Assembly: GCA_902616715.1 (NCBI GenBank)
Contig: CACMTR010000002.1
Location: 68,951-132,950 of the forward strand
DNA length: 64,000 bases
Direction of reading: 5' to 3'
From: an uncultured SAR86 cluster bacterium
GTDB taxonomy: Bacteria; Pseudomonadota; Gammaproteobacteria; Magnimaribacterales; AG-339-G14
The translations under genes and the position numbers were made by a program. Of the stretch, positions 9,135-17,774 are shown piece by piece (within the stretch, counting starts at the first letter, position 1; the number at the start of each line of letters is the position of its first letter). A model generated the notes under the pieces. The model was not told the origin of the DNA. It worked only from the letters and a program-made list of their open reading frames with translations, and did no database searches.

Positions 9135-11180
9135 CTAAAGCCTTTCTGCGTTTATTCTTATGGGGGGAGGATTCTCGGCATTATTTGGGGTGTACCAGAT
9201 AGGAGAACTCCAAGCTCTATCTTGAATTGTATCGTGAAGGTCTTCTCTAGGTTTAAAACCTGCACGAATCGCATCCCACGTTGACCATCTACATGTAGGA
9301 TTTTCTAAAACTCTTATGTAATAAAAAGAACTATCGTCTTTATTAAAATCGGGATCGGTCCAAATCGCTTTTAATTCTGCTGACCCAACGTTTTGAGAAA
9401 CAGCACAGGTTTCGATATCAACTCGAGCACCGTTGTCTGGACATCGGTTTGTTTCTGGATCTACTTGAAGTCCATCAGAACAGGCAACATCGTAAACTTT
9501 TTCTGTTGGACTGGAGTCAGCTCGGCTGATTGATCCTTTGATGATTTGTACTCTTTGCAATGGGGCACCATTAACGTCTCTTTGAGCCCAGACAAGAAAG
9601 CTTGGAGCTTTATCTGTTTCTTCTGCAAAGATGTCACCACCCATTGGCACTCCTGTCTCATAAGCTGACTTAATTATATTTTCGTCACTGAAAGTGAGCT
9701 CGTCCAGATCAAATCCACCAAAAAATCTAACTACGATTCTTGGACCTGAAGTAGCAAATGTTTCTTTTCTTCTGAAGGCATTAAAAATTGATTCTCTAGT
9801 ATTTTCTTCAGCCCAAGCACCAGCCAACCCAGACGCGCCCCAGTTTTCCAAGCCACCAATGACATAGTCTCCTTGGTCAAATTCTTTAAATGAAACACCG
9901 CCTCTGTTAGGAACAACATCTCTATCTTCCTCCGATACCGGTACAGAGCCTCTAGCGCGGGGATCCGCATCAACCAGTCCTATTTTAGACCAATAATTTT
10001 CTTCTCTAAGCCCAGCACCAAGCACATGGGTGTCGCTAGCACCGATCAGGCCAAATTTATAAGGATTTCCAGTACCAAATTGATAAGACATTAACCCTCT
10101 AATATATGCGTCTCTGACATAGCCACCCGCAGGAAAGCTAAAAGCTGGAGGTATGCTTCCTATTCTTGCCTCCATAATTTCAAAATCAGCCCATTCGTCA
10201 TTTGGCGATAATAATGGATGAGTATCTGAAGTACCTTTGACCTGTGTCATTTCTACTATAGGTTCATTTCGCATCCTCAGAGCAGCATATTCTTTAGATA
10301 AAGGCTCCCCAAAAAAAGTTTCCATTTCGAACATTTGTCCGTTAGAGCCATTGCTGTTGTGAGGAAAGGCAATACTATCAATGCCTTGTTCTCTAATTTT
10401 ATCCATCCAAGTCCAGAGATCTTCTGGATTAATTGAATCAATCCTCGTGTAAGGTCTCTTTGGCGCATTAGAAGATTTGAACATCACATTTCTATGTAAA
10501 TTTTCATTTGCTACATCAGTAGAAGTCGTAAACTCATAACCGATGAATGTAGTGAAATTTCCTGGATCGTAAGCGTCATTGGCTGCTTTTACCACATCAG
10601 CCCAAGCCGATAAATGCACGTCGTGATCATAAATTTTTAAGCCTCTTGCTAGGTTATTAGTAAGGACAGCCTGCCAAAGTTCTGGATCAAAATAAGATCT
10701 AGGATTGAGAAAAAAGTTTTGAAGAGTTTGAGCAAAAGTATTTAGTCTTGTGGCTCCGTTTTCAAGTGTTAAATTTTCTGGAGCATTCATATTATGGAAT
10801 ACTTCAGCACCTGGAGCATTTGAGATTTCAGTAGATGTATCCGCATAAGCTTCCATCATTCCCATAAAAAAACCATGATCTGAAACCATATAAAAATCTA
10901 ATGGTTCAACCAATTTCATGTCAAAACCTGCAGGATGTTTTACCGTTTCGCCTCTAGCATATCTATAAGCATCAGATGGTGAACCAGTCGTCCCAAAAAG
11001 ATAAGCATCGAAGGAATGTTTTGTGTGAACATGAGTATCGCCAAAATAGGCATTTCTCAACTCATTATAATCTGCGTTTGGATCTTTAACTTTATCAATA
11101 GGAGTTTGAACTATATCCAACGATTCATCAGAACAACTGATAAGTAAAATGACCGAAAATAATAAAATTAGTTTTTTCAA
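9135..11180 (-). CDS. DUF3604-family lipoprotein (PHP-like putative metallohydrolase)
   Basis: Lipobox LISC; FGDTHVHT..SFDA, SDH, NLHRNV, PHNSNGSNG, SDTH, ENPTCRWST and DRAWSSPIWY. Confidence 0.88.
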   Translation of the reverse strand: MKKLILLFSVILLISCSDESLDIVQTPIDKVKDPNADYNELRNAYFGDTHVHTKHSFDAYLFGTTGSPSDAYRYARGETVKHPAGFDMKLVEPLDFYMVSDHGFFMGMMEAYADTSTEISNAPGAEVFHNMNAPENLTLENGATRLNTFAQTLQNFFLNPRSYFDPELWQAVLTNNLARGLKIYDHDVHLSAWADVVKAANDAYDPGNFTTFIGYEFTTSTDVANENLHRNVMFKSSNAPKRPYTRIDSINPEDLWTWMDKIREQGIDSIAFPHNSNGSNGQMFEMETFFGEPLSKEYAALRMRNEPIVEMTQVKGTSDTHPLLSPNDEWADFEIMEARIGSIPPAFSFPAGGYVRDAYIRGLMSYQFGTGNPYKFGLIGASDTHVLGAGLREENYWSKIGLVDADPRARGSVPVSEEDRDVVPNRGGVSFKEFDQGDYVIGGLENWGASGLAGAWAEENTRESIFNAFRRKETFATSGPRIVVRFFGGFDLDELTFSDENIIKSAYETGVPMGGDIFAEETDKAPSFLVWAQRDVNGAPLQRVQIIKGSISRADSSPTEKVYDVACSDGLQVDPETNRCPDNGARVDIETCAVSQNVGSAELKAIWTDPDFNKDDSSFYYIRVLENPTCRWSTWDAIRAGFKPREDLHDTIQDRAWSSPIWYTPNNAENPPPIRINAERL

Positions 11181-11220
11181 TTCATCCCTCGCAAAATATC
11201 GATAAATACTGTCACAAGGC

Positions 11221-12228
11221 TTAACCTATATCAATTGAAATTTTCCCAAAATGTTTGTTATCAATTTGATGCTGAAACGCAGCCGCTAAATTTTCAAGAT
11301 CAAAACTATCGCTTATCACTGGTTTAATTTCATTTTTTTCTAAATATTCAATCATTGCAATCTGCGAGTCTTGGTTTGCCATGGCGATACCACTCAATCG
11401 GATTTGTTTTAGAAAAATTCTTGGCAAAATAATTTCACTTACCGAAGGACCACTCAGAACTCCTATCAAAGCAATGTGACCCGCAAGTTTTGTACAACGC
11501 ACGGACTCACTGAAAGTTCCAGCCCCACCAACTTCTACGACGTGATCCACTCCTCCGTTGTTGGTTAATTTTAAAACTTCTTTACCCCATTCTGGGTGTG
11601 TTTTGTAATTGACTAAATGATCAGCGCCTAATTGCTTTAGCTTTTCAAGTTTTTCATCGCTAGAGGATGTCGCTATTACAGTTGCTCCAAAGGTTTTTGC
11701 GAGTTGAAGAGCAAATACAGATACACCTCCGGTGCCTTGCACCAGAACCGTTTCTCCTGATTTTAGATTTCCTTCATCAACTAGAGCACGCCAGGCAGTC
11801 AGGCCCGCGCAAGGCAATGTCGCCGCTTCTTTTAAACTAAGGTTATTAGGAATTTTGGTAATCGCAGTTTCTGGAATTGAGATGTATTCAGTTGCGTAAC
11901 CATCTTGATTATCGCCAATAAAACTTAGCAATTCATATTTTGGCGGTCCACTGACCCAATTTGGAAAACACATGCTCATTACTTCATCACCTGATTGCCA
12001 TTTGGTCACTTCTTCACCTATTTCAATAATTTCACCAGCTGAGTCTGAGAGAGGGACTCTTTTGTCTTCCGTAGGAATTAAGCCGAGCGCAACCATTAGA
12101 TCATGATAATTCAAGCTACTAGCAGTAACTTTTAACAAAACGTCTTTAGCACCTGGCTTTGGATTTTCAGTTTCAGTAATTTTTAAATTTTCTAAACCTC
12201 CAGGTTTAGATAGTTGAATTTGTCTCAT
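11221..12228 (-). CDS. NAD(P)-dependent alcohol dehydrogenase-like MDR oxidoreductase
   Basis: SSLNYHD, VPLSDSAG, AATLPCAGLTAW, QGTGGVS and HFGKI. Confidence 0.92.
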   Translation of the reverse strand: MRQIQLSKPGGLENLKITETENPKPGAKDVLLKVTASSLNYHDLMVALGLIPTEDKRVPLSDSAGEIIEIGEEVTKWQSGDEVMSMCFPNWVSGPPKYELLSFIGDNQDGYATEYISIPETAITKIPNNLSLKEAATLPCAGLTAWRALVDEGNLKSGETVLVQGTGGVSVFALQLAKTFGATVIATSSSDEKLEKLKQLGADHLVNYKTHPEWGKEVLKLTNNGGVDHVVEVGGAGTFSESVRCTKLAGHIALIGVLSGPSVSEIILPRIFLKQIRLSGIAMANQDSQIAMIEYLEKNEIKPVISDSFDLENLAAAFQHQIDNKHFGKISIDIG

Positions 12229-12554
12229 TTTTCTCTCCCTTAATAAAAAAATATCTTATCAGTTAATTAGAACTCATATAAATTTCTAAAAAAGCATAAA
12301 AAAAGCTATTTTTAATAACTTTTTGTAAATACTTTATGAAAAAAGTTAAATCTAAGCAAAATTTTAAAATTTAGACTAGCTTGAAATCCTTTTCTGAGTA
12401 TACTTTCAGCGGCATAGTGCAGAAATGGTAATAAAAAGAGCTTTTTTGATAACTTTTAGATCAATTATGTATTTTTTACACAGTTTTTCTCTAAAAGTAG
12501 GTAAAGCTCTCTTAAATTATAATGTGCACAAGTTTAATAAACGGAGTTTTTTAA

Positions 12555-12656
12555 ATGAACTATACAAAAGCACTGTTGGGCACGTTAGGTTATGTTATCT
12601 GTCTCTCTACAGTTGTATATGTAGGTAGCTTAGGAATATTAACCTTCGCCTCCTGA
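12555..12656 (+). CDS. 33-aa single-pass hydrophobic small protein
   Basis: MNYTKALLGTLGYVICLSTVVYVGSLGILTFAS; TATAAT at 12518-12523, SD GGAG at 12543-12546, and a terminator downstream. Confidence 0.65.
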   Translation: MNYTKALLGTLGYVICLSTVVYVGSLGILTFAS

Positions 12657-12693
12657 CGTTAAAGGAGTAACAAACAAGTTTCTTCTCCCCCAC

Positions 12694-12726
12694 GTTGCCC
12701 CGGTTTTAACTGGGGCAACTTTTTTT
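12694..12726 (+). terminator. rho-independent terminator
   Basis: GTTGCCCCGGTT-TT-AACTGGGGCAAC followed by T7. Confidence 0.88.
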
Positions 12727-12793
12727 GAAGGAAAGTCGCCCCAGTCTTTCTGAGCCATATTCTTTTTTTTTATTTATCTGTAGAATTCAAAGA

Positions 12794-12916
12794 ATGAAAG
12801 ATAAAAAAGAATGTTTGAGCTGTAAAAAAGAGCTTCCTTTTTATTTTTTTGATAAAGACCGTTATGGATTAATGGGTTTGAAAAAAATCTGTCGTAATTG
12901 TGTAAGCAAAACTTAA
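12794..12916 (+). CDS. 40-aa CxxC...CxxC zinc-ribbon microprotein
   Basis: MKDKKECLSCKKELPFYFFDKDRYGLMGLKKICRNCVSKT; TAGAAT lies 7 nt before the ATG; stop overlaps the selO stop. Confidence 0.55.
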   Translation: MKDKKECLSCKKELPFYFFDKDRYGLMGLKKICRNCVSKT

Positions 12917-14328
12917 GACGAACAGGAAATTTCCAAATTTTTCCCCCACTCAGGCGACTCCTTGGCGTAATCGTCAAGACCTTTATGTTCTAGAAAAGGA
13001 TTTTTCAGAATTTCTAATAGTTTGTTAACTTCTGAAAAATCTCCTTTTTCAGCTTTCTCGATAGCTTGTTGAGCCAGGTAATTTCTGAGAATAAATTTTG
13101 GATTATTTGCTTTAACTATTTCTTCGTGTTGATCCTTAGATATTTCCTCTAATTCAAACCTTGCTCTTAATTTTTCTTGGCAGTTAAATTTTTTATCTCC
13201 AAAAATAAAATCATTCAAATTCCTGAAAAAATTTGTGTAATCGAGTTTTTCTTCCTTCAAAAAATTTAAAGTCTCTTCGATCAATTCAAAATCTTTTGGA
13301 TCTTTTTTTAAGAGTCCAAGTTTCCTTCTAAAGAGATCAATGAAATGAGTGTAAAAATAAGACTGATAATTTTCTAAAGATTTTTTAAGCTTTGCTTCAC
13401 TTATTAATGGAGTCAACGCTGACGCGAGTGCCTGACAATTCCAAAGCCCAATATTGGGTTGGTTGTTAAAAGAATATCGACCTTGATAATCTGAATGATT
13501 GCAAATGTAATCGGGTTGATAATTTTCTAAGAAGCCAAAAGGCCCAAAATCAAAAGTCTCTCCTAAAATAGACATATTGTCTGTATTCATTACGCCATGT
13601 GCAAAGCCGACGCTTTGCCAAGCAGCAATGAGCTCTGCTGTTTTTTTTACTACCGCTTCAAAAAATAATTCATTTTTATTTTCTAGCTCAACGTATTCAG
13701 GAAAGTATTCTTCGATGACATGATCAACCAATTCGGGTAAGAGGTTTTTTTTATCGTTGTGACACAAATATTCAAAGTTTCCAAAACGAATATGAGTACT
13801 TGCCGTTCTAACGATCATTGCCCCAGGTTCAGTAGTTTCTCTAAACACTGGTTCTTCGCCAGTGAATATAATCAAGGATCTTGACGAAGGAATCTTTAGG
13901 CCATGCATTGCTTCGCCACATAGGTACTCTCTAATAGAAGACCTAAGGACGGCTCTTCCATCGCCAAATCTCGAATAAGGCGTTTTGCCTGCACCTTTTA
14001 TATGAAGGTCTTTGAGACCTTCAGCAGTTTTTATTTGACCAAACAAGATTCCACGCCCGTCTCCTAATTGAGGTACCCAGTTTCCAAACTGATGTCCTGC
14101 ATAAGCCATTGCTAAAGGCTCAGAGTTAGGCACAGAAACTTCGCCATTAAAAATTTTTATTAAATCCTTTGGGTCGATAGTTTCTAGTCCTAGTTCTTTG
14201 GCATGATCGTAATTAAAACTTACCAATTTAGCTTTGGGTAAGGGGCTCCATCCTTGTTTGGTATAAAAGTCCTCGGATAAAGTTCCAAAAGAATTTTTAA
14301 AATTTATGTTCTCTAATTTTTCCATCAA
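12913..14328 (-). CDS. selO: protein adenylyltransferase SelO (YdiU family)
   Basis: YAGHQFG, QLGDGRG, KGAGKTPYSRFGDGRAVLRSSIRE, HGVMNTDNMS and C-terminal CSS. Confidence 0.96.
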   Translation of the reverse strand: MMEKLENINFKNSFGTLSEDFYTKQGWSPLPKAKLVSFNYDHAKELGLETIDPKDLIKIFNGEVSVPNSEPLAMAYAGHQFGNWVPQLGDGRGILFGQIKTAEGLKDLHIKGAGKTPYSRFGDGRAVLRSSIREYLCGEAMHGLKIPSSRSLIIFTGEEPVFRETTEPGAMIVRTASTHIRFGNFEYLCHNDKKNLLPELVDHVIEEYFPEYVELENKNELFFEAVVKKTAELIAAWQSVGFAHGVMNTDNMSILGETFDFGPFGFLENYQPDYICNHSDYQGRYSFNNQPNIGLWNCQALASALTPLISEAKLKKSLENYQSYFYTHFIDLFRRKLGLLKKDPKDFELIEETLNFLKEEKLDYTNFFRNLNDFIFGDKKFNCQEKLRARFELEEISKDQHEEIVKANNPKFILRNYLAQQAIEKAEKGDFSEVNKLLEILKNPFLEHKGLDDYAKESPEWGKNLEISCSS

Positions 14329-14790
14329 TTAATTATTTCTTCTCCAAATCCAAGGTGCAATAGGATTATTTTGTTTCCAAAGTCCTAAGTTTTTTAATCG
14401 AGCTCCATTTTGAAAACTATAGATTGTTTTATTTATTACGTACCTATCATAAACCCAAGCACATCCTTGTTTAATCATTTCATAATTTAGATTTTTGTCA
14501 TCTGTTAACAACCAACCTAGAGAACGACCGTAGTTATCTTGTCCATCAGATTTAAATCTTAAACTAGAGTTTTCACGAATCAACTCAGATAGACATTTTT
14601 TTGAATTTGTTCCATAAGGTTGATCCATTTCAGGTGCATCGATTTCAGAGAGTCTAATTTTTATTTCAGTCCCTCGTGATTCAGCCGATACAGTATCTCC
14701 ATCGATAATTCTTAAAATTTTTATTTCTTCTTCTGCAGAAAGCAGCAGCATAGAAAAAAAAATGGGAAAAATAATTAAAAATTTGTTCAC
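14329..14790 (-). CDS. thermonuclease (SNase) family secreted nuclease
   Basis: IIDGDTV, IRLSEIDAPE, DNYGRSL, GCAWVY and GLW...PWIWR. Confidence 0.92.
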   Translation of the reverse strand: MNKFLIIFPIFFSMLLLSAEEEIKILRIIDGDTVSAESRGTEIKIRLSEIDAPEMDQPYGTNSKKCLSELIRENSSLRFKSDGQDNYGRSLGWLLTDDKNLNYEMIKQGCAWVYDRYVINKTIYSFQNGARLKNLGLWKQNNPIAPWIWRRNN

Positions 14791-14877
14791 AAAATCTTCG
14801 AATAATTGTCGTTTTATTTTTCTTATTTTAGTGGATAATAATTATCCGTTTTTAATTTTTTCTAGGAGAGAACAAAA

Positions 14878-15564
14878 ATGAAAAAAACACTTTTAATTTT
14901 AACTTCATTTCTGGCAAGTTTTGTATTTGCAGCTCCAGCGATGAACGTTTTTACAATAAACACAGCAGATCCTATGGGATACATGGATTGGGCTAGAGCG
15001 AGTGCTCCAATTACCAGCCCACCATCGAACACAGCAAGCGCAGGCGTTTGCTTGCCAAGCGGTGGCTCTGAGGAATTTGGCGACATGTATTTTTACAGTT
15101 TGTATGACAGTCATGCTGATTCACTTAGCGGGACTTATTACGATCCCGAAATTGTAGCTGAAATTGCAAAAATAGCTGATAAAAGAACTGTCTCTACGAT
15201 AGATCATTATTCAGCATTAACACCAGTTGTTGCAGATGTTGAGGTAGGCATGACGTACGCCAATTACAACATTAATGTTTATACCAGCACTCCGCAAAGA
15301 TACATTCAAGAACTTGCGACCTATCAAGAAATTGCTCAGGTGAATGGTTTTGAAGATGTAACTTTGGGTGCATTTCAAATAAATACTGGCGATTACACTG
15401 GTCAACTTATGGTGGTTATTCAAGCACCGACTTCAGTTAGATTAGGTGAGTTTCTTGATGCAAGAGACCAAGACTGGAACATGGCTGCTGGTGCAAAATT
15501 TCCAAAGTTAAGAAAACTTAAAAGAGGCTTCATGATGACTTGTGAAGTTGTCTACGTAAGATAA
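14878..15564 (+). CDS. secreted protein of unknown function
   Basis: Strong SD AGGAG, Sec signal peptide (VFA), two similar halves. Confidence 0.8.
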   Translation: MKKTLLILTSFLASFVFAAPAMNVFTINTADPMGYMDWARASAPITSPPSNTASAGVCLPSGGSEEFGDMYFYSLYDSHADSLSGTYYDPEIVAEIAKIADKRTVSTIDHYSALTPVVADVEVGMTYANYNINVYTSTPQRYIQELATYQEIAQVNGFEDVTLGAFQINTGDYTGQLMVVIQAPTSVRLGEFLDARDQDWNMAAGAKFPKLRKLKRGFMMTCEVVYVR

Positions 15565-15578
15565 TTTAAGGAGAAAAT

Positions 15579-16283
15579 ATGAAAAAAATATTACTAACAT
15601 TGTTAATCTCAAACGGACTTGTCTTCGCTGATGATCACGGCATGGAAAAGGACACTTACTACGCTTTCTTTGGAATCGCTGCGAATAATCCTCCTGCGGT
15701 TGTTGCGGCCATGGATAAATTCAATGCGTCAGACTGCGGGCAAGCAAGTCCTTCTTCGGTGGCGTTAATGGGTGAGGCATTCAATGGCAATGAGCCTTCA
15801 ACGCATACTTTTGTCGTTACTTATGAAGGCGCTGAAGAAATAGATGAAACGCTATCGATCATAAATGCCTGTCCTGAATACGCTGAGTTTCTAACTGAAA
15901 TGGCGGCAGTATCAGTTCCTACTGAGCAAATTTTAAACAAAGTTGTTTATGAGGTTGGTGACTGGACTCAAGAGAGAGCCTTTGCAGTTTTTGAAATGAA
16001 CGTTAGAAACGAAGCATCTTATTTAGAAGCTTACAAAAAGTTCACTGACGCTTCTGTAGCTAGTGGACTTCTTACAGGTGCTTTTGGAATACAAAGAGCA
16101 ATTGCGAGTTCAGAATACACGCACTTTGCATTTATTGGTGCAGAGAATATGACTGAGCTCATGGGTTTCATGGACTCTTTAGATATGGATAATCCAGATT
16201 TCGCAGAATTTCAAAATTCCGTTCGAAGAAATAGATCTATTGTCAGAAGAGGTATAGTCGTACCTATCAAAGGTTGGGACTAA
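15579..16283 (+). CDS. secreted protein of unknown function, probable paralog of the upstream gene
   Basis: SD AAGGAG, signal peptide ending VFA-DDH, same two-domain pattern and similar length. Confidence 0.8.
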   Translation: MKKILLTLLISNGLVFADDHGMEKDTYYAFFGIAANNPPAVVAAMDKFNASDCGQASPSSVALMGEAFNGNEPSTHTFVVTYEGAEEIDETLSIINACPEYAEFLTEMAAVSVPTEQILNKVVYEVGDWTQERAFAVFEMNVRNEASYLEAYKKFTDASVASGLLTGAFGIQRAIASSEYTHFAFIGAENMTELMGFMDSLDMDNPDFAEFQNSVRRNRSIVRRGIVVPIKGWD

Positions 16284-16295
16284 GAAAACTTAATG

Positions 16296-16325
16296 AAAAA
16301 AAGGGAGCCAGTGGCTCCCTTTTTT
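16296..16325. terminator. bidirectional rho-independent terminator
   Basis: AAAAAAAGGGAGCCA-G-TGGCTCCCTTTTTT between convergent genes. Confidence 0.9.
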
Positions 16326-17211
16326 ATTCGTCTTTAAGTTCTTCAGTTCCCTTGTTGAGCTCTCTACCTAGGACATTTATGCGTGTTTGCAAGGCAGTTA
16401 CTTCTTTTACAGAAGCGTCTAATCTTTTTAAAACTCCGTCTGTGCTTTTATCAAAACTATCAAATTGAGATTTAATTCTTCGCACAACTTCGGCTACTTT
16501 TGCTGCAGTTTCATTTAACTGTAAATAGTGATGCCCTATTCTAATGGTGTCTAAAAAAGCAGCTAACGTATTAGGTCCTTGAATTAATACTTTTTTTTCT
16601 GACAAGCAGTCCTGTCTTAAGTTTTCAATTTCATCGACAAGATCAATTAGTTTTTCAGAAGCAATATAAAGCACAGCATAGTTCGTAGTTGAATTTTGAC
16701 GCAGGTATTTGCTTGCAATATCATCGGCATCTCTAAATATTGCCGTCCTCAAGTCTCTCAAAACGTTGGCTCTTAAATTCGCTTGGCCGGCTTCTTGGTA
16801 TTGTTTGTACTGACCTGCGTAAAATTTCGAGTCGATTGGGATGGTAATTCCGTCTGCAGTTTTTACAGCGCAATCGACCCTGTCCTGATTTTCTGGGTTG
16901 ATGTTCTCTTGGAATGCGTAACTACCATCGGGCAATATTTCTTTCACGATGGATTCTAAACTCCATTCGCCTAGTCGTCCCGTCGTAACATTTCCACCTA
17001 AGAACCGATTTAATTCGTTAATTGGTGTTGTAACAGATGCAAGTTGGTTTTCAATATCGTTGAGATCTTTTGAAACCGAATCAATTTTATTTTCGAGTAT
17101 TTCAGTTTGTCCTGAATCTTTTTGATCTTGATCTCTTAGACGAAGAAAAATAAAAATCACCACTCCAAGCGTAAATAAAGATAAAACAAGAGTTAGTATA
17201 GAAAAGTCCAT
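16324..17211 (-). CDS. rmuC: DNA recombination protein RmuC family
   Basis: N-terminal TM and coiled coil; GRLGEWSLE, RVDC, IPIDSKF, IASKY and GPNTL. Confidence 0.85.
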   Translation of the reverse strand: MDFSILTLVLSLFTLGVVIFIFLRLRDQDQKDSGQTEILENKIDSVSKDLNDIENQLASVTTPINELNRFLGGNVTTGRLGEWSLESIVKEILPDGSYAFQENINPENQDRVDCAVKTADGITIPIDSKFYAGQYKQYQEAGQANLRANVLRDLRTAIFRDADDIASKYLRQNSTTNYAVLYIASEKLIDLVDEIENLRQDCLSEKKVLIQGPNTLAAFLDTIRIGHHYLQLNETAAKVAEVVRRIKSQFDSFDKSTDGVLKRLDASVKEVTALQTRINVLGRELNKGTEELKDE

Positions 17212-17723
17212 TAATTTTTTACTTTAAAGACTAAAGACGACATCAATAAAATCTGTATGCAAGCTATCAAAACCCAACCAGGTATTGAGATTCCTAAAAG
17301 ACTCCAAACCACTTCGGCACAATTTCCATCGCCAATGAAGAGCATTCGCAAAGCGTCTTCAAAATATGAAAATTTTATTAAGTAGGCCAAGTCAGGCCCA
17401 CAAGTGGGAATTTGATCGGCGGGGAGCGATTGTAAGTATAGATGTCGCGTGGCTGAGGCCGCTCCTCCTAGTGTGATAAAAGTTATGAAACCAAAATACC
17501 AGTTCAAACCTTGGTTATGAACTATTGCAATTAATGCCAAAAGAGCCACTAACGCGATGGCTATTCTTTGAACGATACACATTGGACAAGGTTCTAAACC
17601 TAATTGGTATTCCATGAAGAAAGCAAAAGCGATCAGATATACACAGGCTGAAAATATTGAACCAAGAATTCTTCTGCGCGTACCAAAGAAAAAAAATGCA
17701 ATCTGGGTTAGAACTTTTGGCAT
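17211..17723 (-). CDS. dsbB: disulfide bond formation protein DsbB
   Basis: LEPCPMCIVQR, PTCG, GNCAEVVW and SIPGW. Start moved to ATG 17723 because a TATAAT lies inside the longer ORF call. Confidence 0.92.
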   Translation of the reverse strand: MPKVLTQIAFFFFGTRRRILGSIFSACVYLIAFAFFMEYQLGLEPCPMCIVQRIAIALVALLALIAIVHNQGLNWYFGFITFITLGGAASATRHLYLQSLPADQIPTCGPDLAYLIKFSYFEDALRMLFIGDGNCAEVVWSLLGISIPGWVLIACIQILLMSSLVFKVKN

Positions 17724-17774
17724 AGGTCTAATAAACTTAATTAAATTATAACGAATCACCTCTTAAATGTATTG

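Noticed and set aside
12446-12464. TTGAT...ATCAA as an FNR/ANR box
   Set aside because: The spacer is 9 nt, not 4.
12425-12628. 67-aa ORF in the track
   Set aside because: No SD, and it runs across a promoter-like TATAAT. The 33-aa ORF in another frame has an SD, a coherent TM helix and a terminator.
12913-12930. SelO as a selenoprotein
   Set aside because: It ends TGT TCG TCT TAA (CSS-stop) with no in-frame UGA.
12913-14790. SNase plus SelO as a defence or toxin-antitoxin pair
   Set aside because: The nuclease has a signal peptide and SelO is a widespread housekeeping AMPylase; adjacency alone is not evidence.
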